IMG/VR virus record: IMGVR_UViG_3300031951_000060 | Location: 36,598-100,597 of that record | Source: a virus | Reading direction: 5' to 3' (one strand) | DNA length: 64,000 nt | Notes under the pieces: model-generated | What the model was told of the DNA's origin: nothing | Database searches by the model: none | Seen by the model: the letters and a program-made list of their open reading frames with translations, nothing else | Translations under genes and position numbers: made by a program | Shown: in pieces, positions 10,801 to 20,493 of the stretch | Layout of the letters: each line of letters begins with the position of its first letter | How positions within the stretch are numbered: position 1 is the first letter of the stretch

Positions 10801-12289
10801 TACAGAGGCACCATTAAACTTTGTTTCATATCAATATAAGCCACTTAACAATAAGTATAAGCATTTTGGAACAAGGATGAGAGTTATAGGCAAAATTGAG
10901 GTTAGTGAGACAAAAGAGCAGACCCCAATAAATGCTACCCCTTATTATGTATTACCAGGAACTCAGCCTAACCAACAATTAAATATTGCTGGAGGGTCTG
11001 GCGGTATTGCAGTGATGCTTAATCCGAGTACTAACGTAGGATATTATTTTGAAATTGTTGCACTAACTGAAAAAAATGTTAGTGAATATTCGGCAGACAT
11101 AGATAATTTGCACAATGTTATTTTTTATAAAGTTTATGCAAACTCAGAGGGCAAGGCAATCCCTATTAAACTGTGGGGAGGACTCAGCAACATAATTGTT
11201 GATGACGGCAAATTTACTGGTCAGGCAAGAATGATGGGGGAACAAAATCCAACTGTATATGATCTTGCCGTAGAGTATCAGGATATTGGAAGCACGAGAA
11301 GGTTTTATCTGTATATTAATAATAATCTTGTTAAGGTTATTGATGACTCTTCTCCTTTGCCTGTTTATAACAATGTTGCTCTTTTTGTTCGTGGTGGGTC
11401 AAGGTGTATGTTTGAAAATATTTACGCATTGGCAAATAACTATAGCCAAAATACTTCTTTTTCTTTAGAAACACCAGTATCAGCAGCCTTTGGCGATGAC
11501 CACATAACAGCAAATGAATCATTTAGAAAGTATGCAATGTCTGGCATGGTTCAGTCAACCTATCTATCAGGAATTAATCCAGGACAGCCACCATCTTTTA
11601 ATATTTATTTTGATGAATTTGGTACAATAATGAGAGAAGCGGCTTATTTAAAGGTTAAATATGATAAGGCATATCCAGCATTATATGCTCAATTATCTCC
11701 AACCTTCAATAGAATAAAAGGATACACAGTTTCTGGATTTAGGGCAGGCTCATATGGGGCAGAATTTTTAGTATTTAATGCTACCGATACATCTTTAAAT
11801 TTAGACGAAACTAGTGGAAATTATTTAAGAATTCAAGGAATTACCTTTACGCAAGAATCAACTAATCAGTTAACAGTTGATGCCTATTTTGCAAAAAATG
11901 CTAATTTTTCTGATCCAGAATTAAGCAAAAGCGGAACCATAATATCTCCGATTCGTGCTGCACTTGATTATGATAAAATAAAAACAAGCAGATTAACATA
12001 TGGTAAAAAAGAATTTTCATTAGAGACTCCATATGTTCAATCTAACGATGATGCTAATGATTTAATGGCTTGGATGACCAATAAGATATTAAGACCAAGG
12101 AAAAACGTGGGGGTTAGAATTTTTGCTAATCCAATGATTCAGTTGGGTGATGTTGTAAACATTAATTATAAGGACGACCTTGGTAATGATATAATTGCAT
12201 CAAGCGATAAAAGGTTTGTGGTCTATCATATAGACTATAATAAAAAATATCAGGGACCAGAGATGGTTCTCTATTTGAGTGAGGTATAG
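7895..12289 (+). CDS. Large minor tail / baseplate hub-like protein
   Basis: 1464 aa, beta-rich; C-terminal ANPMIQLGDVVNI motif typical of tail hub proteins; synteny. Confidence 0.65.
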   Translation: MFQAEELKLHLESSSTIRTQTAIIAEWNMNIANNIFRIGNYRYRPSSDSSDKYKIIPNTFDVNDLGNFYTGATDADIIIDGGVSPEDNDQPWFLFPQNKKNKMLYSLEDCFKKFRPRSGINKAVYFPGRKLHHSNLNMSNRPRYYMADKNDNFKYWTSFRTDSGTLRGIANKPLNGQQYIDDAAPFVVYDNPVPSNRVIIKMQTNVGSVDLGPFSNSSGSFSDPLYGEQNKTTPVKWKVQSLQNNNWVDIISFNSGSRRRNGTPIIKSDGYVELSYGLKVPEKYRDYFVRAEEYTHEDFLPEKSINGYAYLIKENEEDLGVYHIWFNSAWETFTPEYGWLLEEETVDRLTNFVTNFVDPFKFISDSDGRSIFREFEYIKGLRIVVDTMNKVDSTFDLIELSPRLSADITDTVVGFDVSKTASDLGASGLPVGQLLASTGTINIFDYNNSFNENNTNSIISPYTSQNIQIKFYDVVVNVDGYDYFVPIKTMYSEGFPSYSHSDRKVDLTLRDLYFYFESLKAPEMLVTNVSLSYAISLLLDSVGFSNYVFKRINGEKELIIPFFYIPPDKTVAEILNDLAISSQTAMFFDEYNNFVMMSKNYMLPDVSQRDIDITLRGSDDFIDSGVIENKNKNISLTNIVDISSEDRNVYNDGVINYSTRYIQRSYGSIKQASMIDNEVAAKNWIYKPALLWEVSGDQNIRSINNEVSDQSSYNLAAIPLNSNLTSAVPEVVGNRLTNNVIDLGEAVYWLGRYNGYLYANGEIIKFDAVQYNIPGAEKNIIKEELNGTISYTTQTVGAVGNVWISSNQEYQDYMSKLVFNGKIYPTGLVRIYAEPKYEDINGITVMKNGPVTTHGRGQFGTEIVEHSAGLSNEWKSDSFVRGVNMESKHLFGLTNGDILDNSAIASKSLTTGVAGANNTKAKDNTRSSIIKNFLSYSYLNESQNNTNKSTQAGSVQSSALVMAGPSFSTTEAPLNFVSYQYKPLNNKYKHFGTRMRVIGKIEVSETKEQTPINATPYYVLPGTQPNQQLNIAGGSGGIAVMLNPSTNVGYYFEIVALTEKNVSEYSADIDNLHNVIFYKVYANSEGKAIPIKLWGGLSNIIVDDGKFTGQARMMGEQNPTVYDLAVEYQDIGSTRRFYLYINNNLVKVIDDSSPLPVYNNVALFVRGGSRCMFENIYALANNYSQNTSFSLETPVSAAFGDDHITANESFRKYAMSGMVQSTYLSGINPGQPPSFNIYFDEFGTIMREAAYLKVKYDKAYPALYAQLSPTFNRIKGYTVSGFRAGSYGAEFLVFNATDTSLNLDETSGNYLRIQGITFTQESTNQLTVDAYFAKNANFSDPELSKSGTIISPIRAALDYDKIKTSRLTYGKKEFSLETPYVQSNDDANDLMAWMTNKILRPRKNVGVRIFANPMIQLGDVVNINYKDDLGNDIIASSDKRFVVYHIDYNKKYQGPEMVLYLSEV

Positions 12290-12291
12290 TA

Positions 12292-12795
12292 ATGTCAGTT
12301 AATAGTACTCCAAGTTTGCCACAAGGAACTGCATCACAGTCAGGATCTGCAACTTCTGCAATTAAGCCAGCAACTCCAGATATTATACTATTTGATGACG
12401 AATCCACTCCAATAGAAATAATGACAGACCTTATATTTGAAAATATAGGTGGTCAGGAGTTAGTTAACATATTAAGGTCTGATATTATAAATGGACAAAA
12501 TGTTGTGTATCAGCCAATTAAAAATCTAACAAACTTATACTTTCAATATAATCCCCAAAATATTTTAGCATTACAAGATGTAGATTATAATTATTTTAAA
12601 AAATTTCCAATTAATTTTTCTACCAAGGTACCAGAGTATGGGACTGGGCCAGAGGGGGCTATAGTTTATATTGACCCAGTCACTGGAGATTTAGTAATAA
12701 ATGTTGTTAATTTGGCAAGAGATGAGCAGGTAGAGGTATCAATAGTCGCAGATGGCTCGATACTTGATGATACAATATATGAGGTGAATCAATGA
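12292..12795 (+). CDS. Putative tail/baseplate protein
   Basis: 167 aa in tail module. Confidence 0.5.
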   Translation: MSVNSTPSLPQGTASQSGSATSAIKPATPDIILFDDESTPIEIMTDLIFENIGGQELVNILRSDIINGQNVVYQPIKNLTNLYFQYNPQNILALQDVDYNYFKKFPINFSTKVPEYGTGPEGAIVYIDPVTGDLVINVVNLARDEQVEVSIVADGSILDDTIYEVNQ

Positions 12796-13925
12796 TTACA
12801 AATATAGGCAAAGGTATATTGGCAAAGTATCTTATAGGGCAGGCGCCAGCATATGCGTCTTATCTTGCCATAGGCTGTGGAGCAAAGCCACTACCGTCTA
12901 ACCATAACTTTACAGAGGCCGAACTCGCTGCTTATTTTGCCAAACAGTCATTAGATTTTGAAATGTTTCGTGTTCCAATTACGTCAAGAGGGTATGTAAA
13001 TGAAAATGGAAGCAATAAGATAGTTTTAACGGCAGAATTGCCAACAGACGAAAGATACGAAATAACCGAGGTTGGAATTTACTCAGCAGGCGCAAATCCA
13101 TCTGCTGGTGCTTATGATAGTAGATCTCTTTTTGCATTTACAGTAAATGAAAACTGGGAATATCATAATGAGAGCACTGCAACAGAGTTACCAATTGTTT
13201 ATGAACCATTAGATGGCTCAAACAATGACAATATTATAAATCAAACATATAAGGCTTTTCAGACCAATTCAGACAATCGACTTTTTACTAACTCTGATAG
13301 AATTGCTAGATATGAAAGAGCAAGGTTTTATAATAACGTAGTAATGCTAAGAGGAGATCTTTCTAATCTGTCAGTGTCTGGCGATCATTTAGATTTTTCT
13401 ACAGGGTCAAACCACATTCATCTACTTGGAACTTCACTAGATTTTAATAAAAATGCACCAACAGATGAGGTTAAGTTAGCATTTTGTATCATCAATAAAG
13501 ATCCAGATCCATCAATTATTCCAGATGAGGTAAGAATACTTTTAGAATTTGCAGAAAGTGACTCACCAGGAAATGGTCAGTGGGCTAGATTTGAAATTGT
13601 GATGTCTGCTGACGATTATGATTTTTCAGAAAATCGATATTATGTAATTACAAAACAATTACAAGAACTTTATAAGAGTACTGGATTCACTTGGAATAAT
13701 GTCAGTATTATTAAATTTTACACTACAGTAATTAAAAATAATGTTGCATCATCTGATTTTTATATAGGTCTTGATGCCGTTAGGTTTGAAAATATATCAA
13801 CAACTAATCCAGTATATGGTTTGACTGGATATACTGTTTTAAAAAATACAAATGCTGAAACAGTAGTCAAGGCTGCGAACACAAGTAATTATGTTGAGTT
13901 TAGATTTGCAATGGATGTGCAATAA
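12792..13925 (+). CDS. Putative baseplate/minor tail protein
   Basis: MITNIGK start, YLAIGCG and ITEVGIY motifs typical of baseplate/tail-collar proteins. Confidence 0.55.
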   Translation: MITNIGKGILAKYLIGQAPAYASYLAIGCGAKPLPSNHNFTEAELAAYFAKQSLDFEMFRVPITSRGYVNENGSNKIVLTAELPTDERYEITEVGIYSAGANPSAGAYDSRSLFAFTVNENWEYHNESTATELPIVYEPLDGSNNDNIINQTYKAFQTNSDNRLFTNSDRIARYERARFYNNVVMLRGDLSNLSVSGDHLDFSTGSNHIHLLGTSLDFNKNAPTDEVKLAFCIINKDPDPSIIPDEVRILLEFAESDSPGNGQWARFEIVMSADDYDFSENRYYVITKQLQELYKSTGFTWNNVSIIKFYTTVIKNNVASSDFYIGLDAVRFENISTTNPVYGLTGYTVLKNTNAETVVKAANTSNYVEFRFAMDVQ

Positions 13926-14365
13926 TGCCAACACCAGATCAAGGCATTAAAAAAGTAATTATTCCTAAAGCCAAACTTCCTGGATTCTTTGGAGAAAACA
14001 GAAAATATATACTTAGATATAGACTTATATCAGAAGATAAAAATAGAACGTCTCATTGGTCCCCAGCATATAAAATAGTAACCGAAGATACTCCGTCAGA
14101 AATTTTAAATAGTATGGTTATAGATACTGCAAATAGGATAATTAACCTTACCTGGGAACCACAGAATAATATGGAAGAATATTTTATTTATGTTAAATGG
14201 AATAATGCTGGATGGCAATATTATGGTAAAACTTCACAAACAAACTACTCTATTGTATATAACTCAGAAAGAACATATGTTCATGTTGCTGTTCAAGCAA
14301 AAACTATCCCATTAGAAAGATTTGCAGATGCCATTTTATTTGAAAACGAAGGCGATCTGGTATAA
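13925..14365 (+). CDS. Putative virion protein, FN3/Ig-like
   Basis: INLTWEP...YFIY...YVHVAVQA beta-sandwich pattern. Confidence 0.45.
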   Translation: MPTPDQGIKKVIIPKAKLPGFFGENRKYILRYRLISEDKNRTSHWSPAYKIVTEDTPSEILNSMVIDTANRIINLTWEPQNNMEEYFIYVKWNNAGWQYYGKTSQTNYSIVYNSERTYVHVAVQAKTIPLERFADAILFENEGDLV

Positions 14366-14381
14366 TTAGATAGGAGAAATT

Positions 14382-14825
14382 ATGGCAAAAATACCATCAC
14401 CAGAACCAGGGCAACCAATAGACGTTGCGTATATAGATCAAATCGTTAGGTCAATTAATGATCTTTCTGTTCAAGTGTCTCCAGCAATCTATAAGTATGT
14501 TACAGTAGATGTTCCAAACTTCACATCTCAAAGTGCTAAGATTTCTGAAACAAGAGTTATTGCTGGATACGTTGATGTTGTAAAAAGTGGAAATCAAAGT
14601 GTAGGAAGTCAGCATCCATTTTCATATCCATTTAAACCAGAGTTTAAGTATCCTCCAATAGTTACAGCAACCCCAGTCAATATAGGTGGAACTGAGGCAG
14701 GACGAAATGTTCACGTTGTAATTAAATCTATCACTACTTCAAGAGTTGATGGTGTAGTTAATTTTAATTCTACTGGAGATGTTTCTATCGGCGTTAATTT
14801 AATTATCGTCGGCATACCTAATTAA
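14382..14825 (+). CDS. Putative minor tail/fibre protein
   Basis: RBS AGGAG; FKYPPIVTAT...VNLIIVG resembles tail-fibre C-terminal (H-lectin-like) domains. Confidence 0.45.
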   Translation: MAKIPSPEPGQPIDVAYIDQIVRSINDLSVQVSPAIYKYVTVDVPNFTSQSAKISETRVIAGYVDVVKSGNQSVGSQHPFSYPFKPEFKYPPIVTATPVNIGGTEAGRNVHVVIKSITTSRVDGVVNFNSTGDVSIGVNLIIVGIPN

Positions 14826-15016
14826 TGATAAAATGCAAAAAGTGTTTACGAAATATGATGATAGACAGAGTCTACAGTTCCATATCTCATTTAGAAATAT
14901 ATTGTTTTATATGTGGATCAAGACGTTTTTTTCATCCACCATCTGATTCGGAGGAAGGAAGATGGCTACTAAAAAAGGAAATAGAACGAGCGAAGACTAC
15001 AACAGCGCCCCTATAA
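14825..15016 (+). CDS. Small zinc-ribbon protein
   Basis: CKKC...CFICG. Confidence 0.55.
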   Translation: MIKCKKCLRNMMIDRVYSSISHLEIYCFICGSRRFFHPPSDSEEGRWLLKKEIERAKTTTAPL

Positions 15017-15504
15017 TTTCAGGTAATAAAAAGGTATGGTTTTTAAATAATGATCTCATAAGGGTGGTTCATTATAACAGATCAAATGGCATTATGTCAA
15101 TTTATAATATAACCAAAGATAGGGTAGAAAGTTGTCTAATCAGCGATTTTAAAAATAAAAGAGAAAGAGCGTATACTGTCGGAGAAACTGCTGATTTAGT
15201 TAATCGTCATAAAAAATATATGCCTTCATTAATGAAACGTGGAATTATTCCGTTTCCAACAGGCTCACAAAAAGGTGGCGCAAGAGGGTGGCAAGTAAGA
15301 AGTTATTATTCGGAGTCGCAAGTTAGAGAGATCCGTGATATACTGGCTACATACCATATTGGTAGACCGAGAAAAGATAATTTAATAACAAATGATATTA
15401 CGCCCACAAAGGCTGAGTTGACACGCAGAATGGGCGATGGTATACTTACATATACAAAGACTGAAGATGGACGATTTATTCCTATTTGGTCAGAATCAAT
15501 TTAA
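14962..15504 (+). CDS. HTH (MerR-like) DNA-binding protein
   Basis: YTVGETADLVNRH...RSYYSESQV pattern. Confidence 0.55.
   Translation: MATKKGNRTSEDYNSAPIISGNKKVWFLNNDLIRVVHYNRSNGIMSIYNITKDRVESCLISDFKNKRERAYTVGETADLVNRHKKYMPSLMKRGIIPFPTGSQKGGARGWQVRSYYSESQVREIRDILATYHIGRPRKDNLITNDITPTKAELTRRMGDGILTYTKTEDGRFIPIWSESI
15418..15446 (+). promoter_or_regulatory. Sigma70/HrdB-type promoter
   Basis: TTGACA-17-TATACT with TGn extension, upstream of replication genes. Confidence 0.7.
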
Positions 15505-15513
15505 CAGAAGGGT

Positions 15514-15726
15514 ATGAAAATGGAAGATACGAAAGTATCAGTAACGCTTGGATATACACTAAATCTTGGAAACTTTCAATCTTTAAGGCTTGACCTTGGG
15601 GTTGTAGACTCTAAGCGTGATGGCGAGAATACAGATCAAGCATTTGAGCGTGTTTATAAGTTTGTTGAAGATAAACTCGCAGCAAAAATCTCAGAAGCAA
15701 AGGCTGAACTAGAAGAAAGCAATTAG
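15514..15726 (+). CDS. Hypothetical phage protein
   Basis: LGYTLNLGNFQSLRLD motif, RBS. Confidence 0.6.
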   Translation: MKMEDTKVSVTLGYTLNLGNFQSLRLDLGVVDSKRDGENTDQAFERVYKFVEDKLAAKISEAKAELEESN

Positions 15727-15727
15727 T

Positions 15728-16036
15728 GTGACAGACAAACAGAAGCGATTGGCTCTGTTGAGTAGGTTTGATAAACACTATCAGTTTAAACTAGGACAGA
15801 AGCCACAATATAATAAGTGGATTGAACAGTGGTCTGCTGATGCACTCATCGAGTCTTACGGCATGGATCTTTGCTACGAACTTCTTGAATATTATTTTGA
15901 GGTTACGGAAAATCCAACATGGAATCATTTTGCATATGTGGCACATGATATACTGGAAGCAAAAGAGCAATATGCTAAAGACATAAAAGAACGATCAGAA
16001 CGCAGACAAAAGGCTAAGGAGTGGTTGAGTGAATAA
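15728..16036 (+). CDS. Hypothetical protein (possible helicase partner)
   Basis: Overlaps dnaB start. Confidence 0.5.
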   Translation: MTDKQKRLALLSRFDKHYQFKLGQKPQYNKWIEQWSADALIESYGMDLCYELLEYYFEVTENPTWNHFAYVAHDILEAKEQYAKDIKERSERRQKAKEWLSE

Positions 16037-17255
16037 TACAGAATCAAAATTAATCTCAGCCGTGCTAAAAGATAAGCAGGCTCATGTATTGCTTCAGGCC
16101 AATGTAGAAAATATTTTAACTACTCATGTCGATGTCTGGCAGTTTATTAGAAAATATTATGAGGCAAATGCTACTGTTCCACCAACAGAATTAGTTGTAG
16201 AGAAGTTTAGAGATTTTGAACCCATAGGCGGAGTTGGTGCAACTAAGCATCATCTTGAAGAATTACAGGCAGAATATTTAACCAATAGTCTAAAAGATAT
16301 TATTAGATCTGCAGCAACAGATGTTCAGGGTGGACAGGGTCTAGATGCTCTAGAGTCTCTAATTACTAAGACGGCAGAACTTAGAAAAAATACAGCAGCA
16401 ATTCGTGATATTGATGTGACAGATTTAGATTCTGCTGTTGCATATTTTGAAAACCTTAAAAAACAACAAGAGGCTGGAGCACTAGGAATCAAGACTGGCC
16501 TCCCAGGATTCGATAACTACCTACCCTCTGGGATCATGCCAGGGCAGTTAGGAGTCTTCCTTGCATATCCAGGCATAGGAAAGTCATGGCTGTCTCTCTA
16601 TTTTGCTGTACAGGCTTGGAAACAGGGTCGTAGCCCAATGATCATAAGCCTTGAAATGTCTGAGGTTGAAGTTCGTAACCGTGTATTTGCAATTATGGGA
16701 GAGGGAGTATGGTCCCATAGAAGGTTAAGCGCTGGCCAGGTTGAGATGGATATGCTAAAGTCTTGGCACACTAAACACGTTAGTGGTAAGCCAGAATTTC
16801 ATATTATCTCAAACGACACTGGTGGTGATATTACACCATTAGTATTGCGTGGAAAGATTGATCAATACAAGCCAGATTTTGTTATTGTTGACTATTTACA
16901 ATTGATGTCCCCTAATCAAAAGTCTGACAATGAAACTATTCGCATGAAGAACCTTTCTCGTGAATTAAAACTAATGGCAATTGCAGAAGAGGTGCCAATT
17001 ATTGCTATCTCATCTGCTACCCCTGATGATGTTACTAAACTTGAAACCGTGCCAACCCTTGGTCAAACTGCATGGTCTCGTCAGATTGCTTATGATGCGG
17101 ACTGGGTACTTGCGCTGGGTAGAGGAAATAATAGCGATATTATTGAATGTGTATTCCGCAAGAATCGTAACGGTTTTATGGGAGAATTCTTGGTTCAGGC
17201 TGATTTTGACAAGGGATACTATAGATATAAGGATTATGAAGATAAGTCAGTATAA
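16029..17255 (+). CDS. dnaB: Replicative DNA helicase, DnaB-like
   Basis: Walker A AYPGIGKS, SLEMS, VDYLQLM, YDAD, KNRNG. Confidence 0.93.
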   Translation: MNNTESKLISAVLKDKQAHVLLQANVENILTTHVDVWQFIRKYYEANATVPPTELVVEKFRDFEPIGGVGATKHHLEELQAEYLTNSLKDIIRSAATDVQGGQGLDALESLITKTAELRKNTAAIRDIDVTDLDSAVAYFENLKKQQEAGALGIKTGLPGFDNYLPSGIMPGQLGVFLAYPGIGKSWLSLYFAVQAWKQGRSPMIISLEMSEVEVRNRVFAIMGEGVWSHRRLSAGQVEMDMLKSWHTKHVSGKPEFHIISNDTGGDITPLVLRGKIDQYKPDFVIVDYLQLMSPNQKSDNETIRMKNLSRELKLMAIAEEVPIIAISSATPDDVTKLETVPTLGQTAWSRQIAYDADWVLALGRGNNSDIIECVFRKNRNGFMGEFLVQADFDKGYYRYKDYEDKSV

Positions 17256-17263
17256 TATGTCCC

Positions 17264-17590
17264 ATGGAGACATATCAGCACAAGCCAATAAAAAGGTTTG
17301 CCTTAGATGGAGTAATCAATGATGACTCTGCTATATACAGATTACAGCAGGAATATATCAGGTTACTCGTATCAGAGATGCGGTTATCAGGATATGCTCC
17401 ACGATTTGACATTGACCCACAATTTACATTATCATATAACGAAGCCAAAAACTATTTTGAATTTAAATTAAGCGTATACGGAATATATGTCGGGAGAAAA
17501 AAGAGCGAATGGATACTAGGAATAGACGGAGCCAAGCCAATATATACACAGCCAACCAAATTAAAAGAGTACTCGCAGGATCTGGCTTAA
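17264..17590 (+). CDS. Hypothetical protein
   Basis: 108 aa ORF 7 nt after TATAAT. Confidence 0.55.
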   Translation: METYQHKPIKRFALDGVINDDSAIYRLQQEYIRLLVSEMRLSGYAPRFDIDPQFTLSYNEAKNYFEFKLSVYGIYVGRKKSEWILGIDGAKPIYTQPTKLKEYSQDLA

Positions 17591-18453
17591 ATATAGAAAA
17601 AGAGGCTGAGTCTGAATATATTGTCTTTTGTCCTTTTCATGCTAACCATAGAACTCCAGCAGGAGAAATAAATAAATTTAGTGGGCTTTTCTTTTGTTTT
17701 TCTTGCAGCAAGGTTGCAGATTTAGTAGAGTTAGTTATGCATTGTTCAAATAGAACCTATTTCGAGTCTGTTAGATTTATTAAGAGTAAAGAAATAGAAA
17801 CAGATATTTTATCTGACGTTACTCAAAAATTAATAGATAAAGAAGAGTGGAAGGAGTTTGACCACTCTCTTATAGATAAACTTAATAGCCAGGCATTGTC
17901 GGATAATCGTGCTATTGAATATTTTAATAAAAGAAAATTAACCAAAGAGTCTATAGTAAAATTTAAATTGGGATATTCGTTGTCTCAAGATATGGTAACT
18001 ATTCCAGTTCACAATCATGAGAACCTCTGCGTTGGCTTTGTTGCTAGATCTATAGAGGGTAAAGATTTTAAAAATACCCCAGGTCTCCCAAAGTCAAAAC
18101 TACTATTTAATTTAAATAGAATAAAAACAGCAAGCCGTGTCTATGTTGTAGAATCATCTTTTGATGCCATTAGGCTTGATCAGGTCGGAATGCCAGCAGT
18201 CGCAACATTAGGGGCAAATATTTCCACAAAGCAGGTCGACTTATTGAAAAAATATTTTACTGATATAATGGTTATAGCAGATAACGATGATGCTGGAGAC
18301 AACATGAAAGATAAATTATTATCCAGATTTGGATCTAGCATTACATTTATTGCTTTAGATAAAAGATATAAGGACATAGGAGAAATGGAGGATGAAGAGA
18401 TAAAAATGCTTGATTACTCTTTTGATAAAAGCATAATGTCTCTTTTACAATAA
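17509..18453 (+). CDS. dnaG: DNA primase (zinc finger + TOPRIM)
   Basis: CPFH...CFSC zinc finger; VESSFD, DNDDAG, KDIGE. Confidence 0.9.
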   Translation: MDTRNRRSQANIYTANQIKRVLAGSGLNIEKEAESEYIVFCPFHANHRTPAGEINKFSGLFFCFSCSKVADLVELVMHCSNRTYFESVRFIKSKEIETDILSDVTQKLIDKEEWKEFDHSLIDKLNSQALSDNRAIEYFNKRKLTKESIVKFKLGYSLSQDMVTIPVHNHENLCVGFVARSIEGKDFKNTPGLPKSKLLFNLNRIKTASRVYVVESSFDAIRLDQVGMPAVATLGANISTKQVDLLKKYFTDIMVIADNDDAGDNMKDKLLSRFGSSITFIALDKRYKDIGEMEDEEIKMLDYSFDKSIMSLLQ

Positions 18454-18454
18454 T

Positions 18455-18979
18455 ATGTTATTAGAATCAGTTCCAAGTGGTCATACAATTATAAATGTTT
18501 TCATGCAAAATCCAAAAAGATTTATGCCGCTACTTTCATTTGCACAAAACATTTTAAGGGAAGACTCTTTTTTAAGTTCTACAGATAGAGAAATAATTGC
18601 TACGTTTACATCCAGTTTAAATAAATGTAAGTTCTGTACTGGATCACACCGAATTTTTGCTATTTCTGTAGGGGCAGATGAAAGTCAGATAGATAAGATA
18701 ATCAATCAAGACTATCAAGATTTAAAGTTGGCTCCAATATTAGACTATGTTAAAAAATTAACACTAGAGCCATCTGAACTTAGCCAAGAGGATGTTTCTC
18801 GTGTTTATAATGCTGGATATTCTGAAGATGAATTAAAAGATGCAATAACAGTTTGTGCAGCATTTAATCTTTTTAATAGAATTGTTGAGGGGCATGGAGT
18901 AGAAGAAAATTCAGAAACATGGCTACCTTCAGCAGAAGAAATTAATAAGTTTGGCTATGATAGGAGTAAGGCTAATTAG
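18455..18979 (+). CDS. AhpD/CMD-family peroxidase-related protein
   Basis: DREIIA...NKCKFCTGSH and FNLFNRIVEG motifs. Confidence 0.8.
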   Translation: MLLESVPSGHTIINVFMQNPKRFMPLLSFAQNILREDSFLSSTDREIIATFTSSLNKCKFCTGSHRIFAISVGADESQIDKIINQDYQDLKLAPILDYVKKLTLEPSELSQEDVSRVYNAGYSEDELKDAITVCAAFNLFNRIVEGHGVEENSETWLPSAEEINKFGYDRSKAN

Positions 18980-18994
18980 TTTAGCATATAAACT

Positions 18995-20440
18995 ATGAAT
19001 ATAATTATTGCAGGCGGAGGTACGGCTGGTTGGATTGCTGCTTATTTTATTAATAATGCTCAACCAAATATGCATAACATTACAGTCATTGAATCTTCTC
19101 AGATAGGCATTGTCGGTGCAGGAGAGGCTGCTGCTGGATCTTTGTTTGAATTATTGGATGGTGGATTTTTTAATAAAAAAATACCTATTCAGGATTTTAT
19201 TAATAGCACAGATGCAACTACAAAGATGGGGATTAGACATACAAATTGGGCTGGTAAAAATGAATCTTATTTTGCTCCTATTGACCTAAGTCCTACAACA
19301 CAAAAAAATATAGATTATATTTTTAACTATGTACTACATAAGTATGGTCCATCTAAAATTCATCTCGCCTCTAGACTTGGAATTCGTTATGAAAATAACC
19401 AATTCGATAGAGGCAATGGATTACATTTTGACGGCCACAAAGTTGGCAAGTTTTTTAAAGAACATACGATAGGAAAGAATGTTTCTGTCATAGATGCAAA
19501 AATATTAAAGGTTAATATAGGTGCAGATGGCAGGATTGAATCTTTATTCCTAGATAACGACCAAACCATTGAAGGCGATCTTTTTATAGATTGCACTGGT
19601 TTTAGGCGTGTATTAATTAGCGAAACAGATGCAAAGTGGAAATCAGTTTCAGATATTTTAACAGTTAATTCCGCAATGCCGTTTATTGAACCATATGCTG
19701 ATAATAATAATTTTATTCCAGAAACTGGGGCAACCGCTTTAAGTTCTGGCTGGATGTTTGATATTCCACTAAAAACACGCAGAGGTATGGGATATATATA
19801 TGATAATAACTTTATATCTGATGATGATGCTAAACTTGAATTAGAAGAGAAAATTGGACATGAGGTAGAGCCAATTAAAATTATTAGGTTCGACACTGGA
19901 TATTTCGAAAAATCATGGAATAAAAATGTTTTGTCTTTAGGACTTGCCTCTTCATTTTTAGAGCCATTAGAGGCTACATCAATTCATAATACTATTGCTC
20001 AGTTGCATGTTTTTGTCAATCACTTTTTTAATGGTCATCTTCAGTCAATTAACAATGAACTAAGTCAACAGATGTACAATAAGTTAATATCAAGACTAAA
20101 CGAAACAAGTATTGATTTTATTTCTTTGCACTATCAAGGCAAAAGAAATGATTCAGAATTTTGGCAAAATATATATCATAACAATCTTGCAACAGATACT
20201 GTAAAAGAGATAGTTAATGTTTGTCAGTATAGAATCCCCACTATAGCAATATATGATGGAGTTATAGGATCCTACGGAATACCTCTTGCAAAATGGAATA
20301 TGGTTGGTCTTGGGCTAATCAATGAAGAGCAGGCATTGACAGAATTAATGATGTCTGATACACTAGATATTGCTAAGACTGAATACGATATTTTTAGAAA
20401 TACAGTATTAAGTAAAATGCAAATTCTAAAGTCTACTTGA
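18995..20440 (+). CDS. Flavin-dependent (tryptophan-type) halogenase family protein
   Basis: GGGTAG, GAGEA, TTKMGI (catalytic Lys position), FIDCTG, GWMFDIP, FLEPLEATSI. Confidence 0.88.
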   Translation: MNIIIAGGGTAGWIAAYFINNAQPNMHNITVIESSQIGIVGAGEAAAGSLFELLDGGFFNKKIPIQDFINSTDATTKMGIRHTNWAGKNESYFAPIDLSPTTQKNIDYIFNYVLHKYGPSKIHLASRLGIRYENNQFDRGNGLHFDGHKVGKFFKEHTIGKNVSVIDAKILKVNIGADGRIESLFLDNDQTIEGDLFIDCTGFRRVLISETDAKWKSVSDILTVNSAMPFIEPYADNNNFIPETGATALSSGWMFDIPLKTRRGMGYIYDNNFISDDDAKLELEEKIGHEVEPIKIIRFDTGYFEKSWNKNVLSLGLASSFLEPLEATSIHNTIAQLHVFVNHFFNGHLQSINNELSQQMYNKLISRLNETSIDFISLHYQGKRNDSEFWQNIYHNNLATDTVKEIVNVCQYRIPTIAIYDGVIGSYGIPLAKWNMVGLGLINEEQALTELMMSDTLDIAKTEYDIFRNTVLSKMQILKST

Positions 20441-20465
20441 CAAACAAGTAATTCTTTAGTATACT
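20437..20465 (+). promoter_or_regulatory. Sigma70-type promoter for ssb-dnaE
   Basis: TTGACA-17-TATACT. Confidence 0.75.
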
Positions 20466-20493
20466 TAAGTATAAAATAGATAAGGAGAAAACT

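Noticed and set aside
1398-12407. Numerous short antisense and nested ORFs within tail genes
   Set aside because: Shadows of long sense ORFs without RBS or motifs
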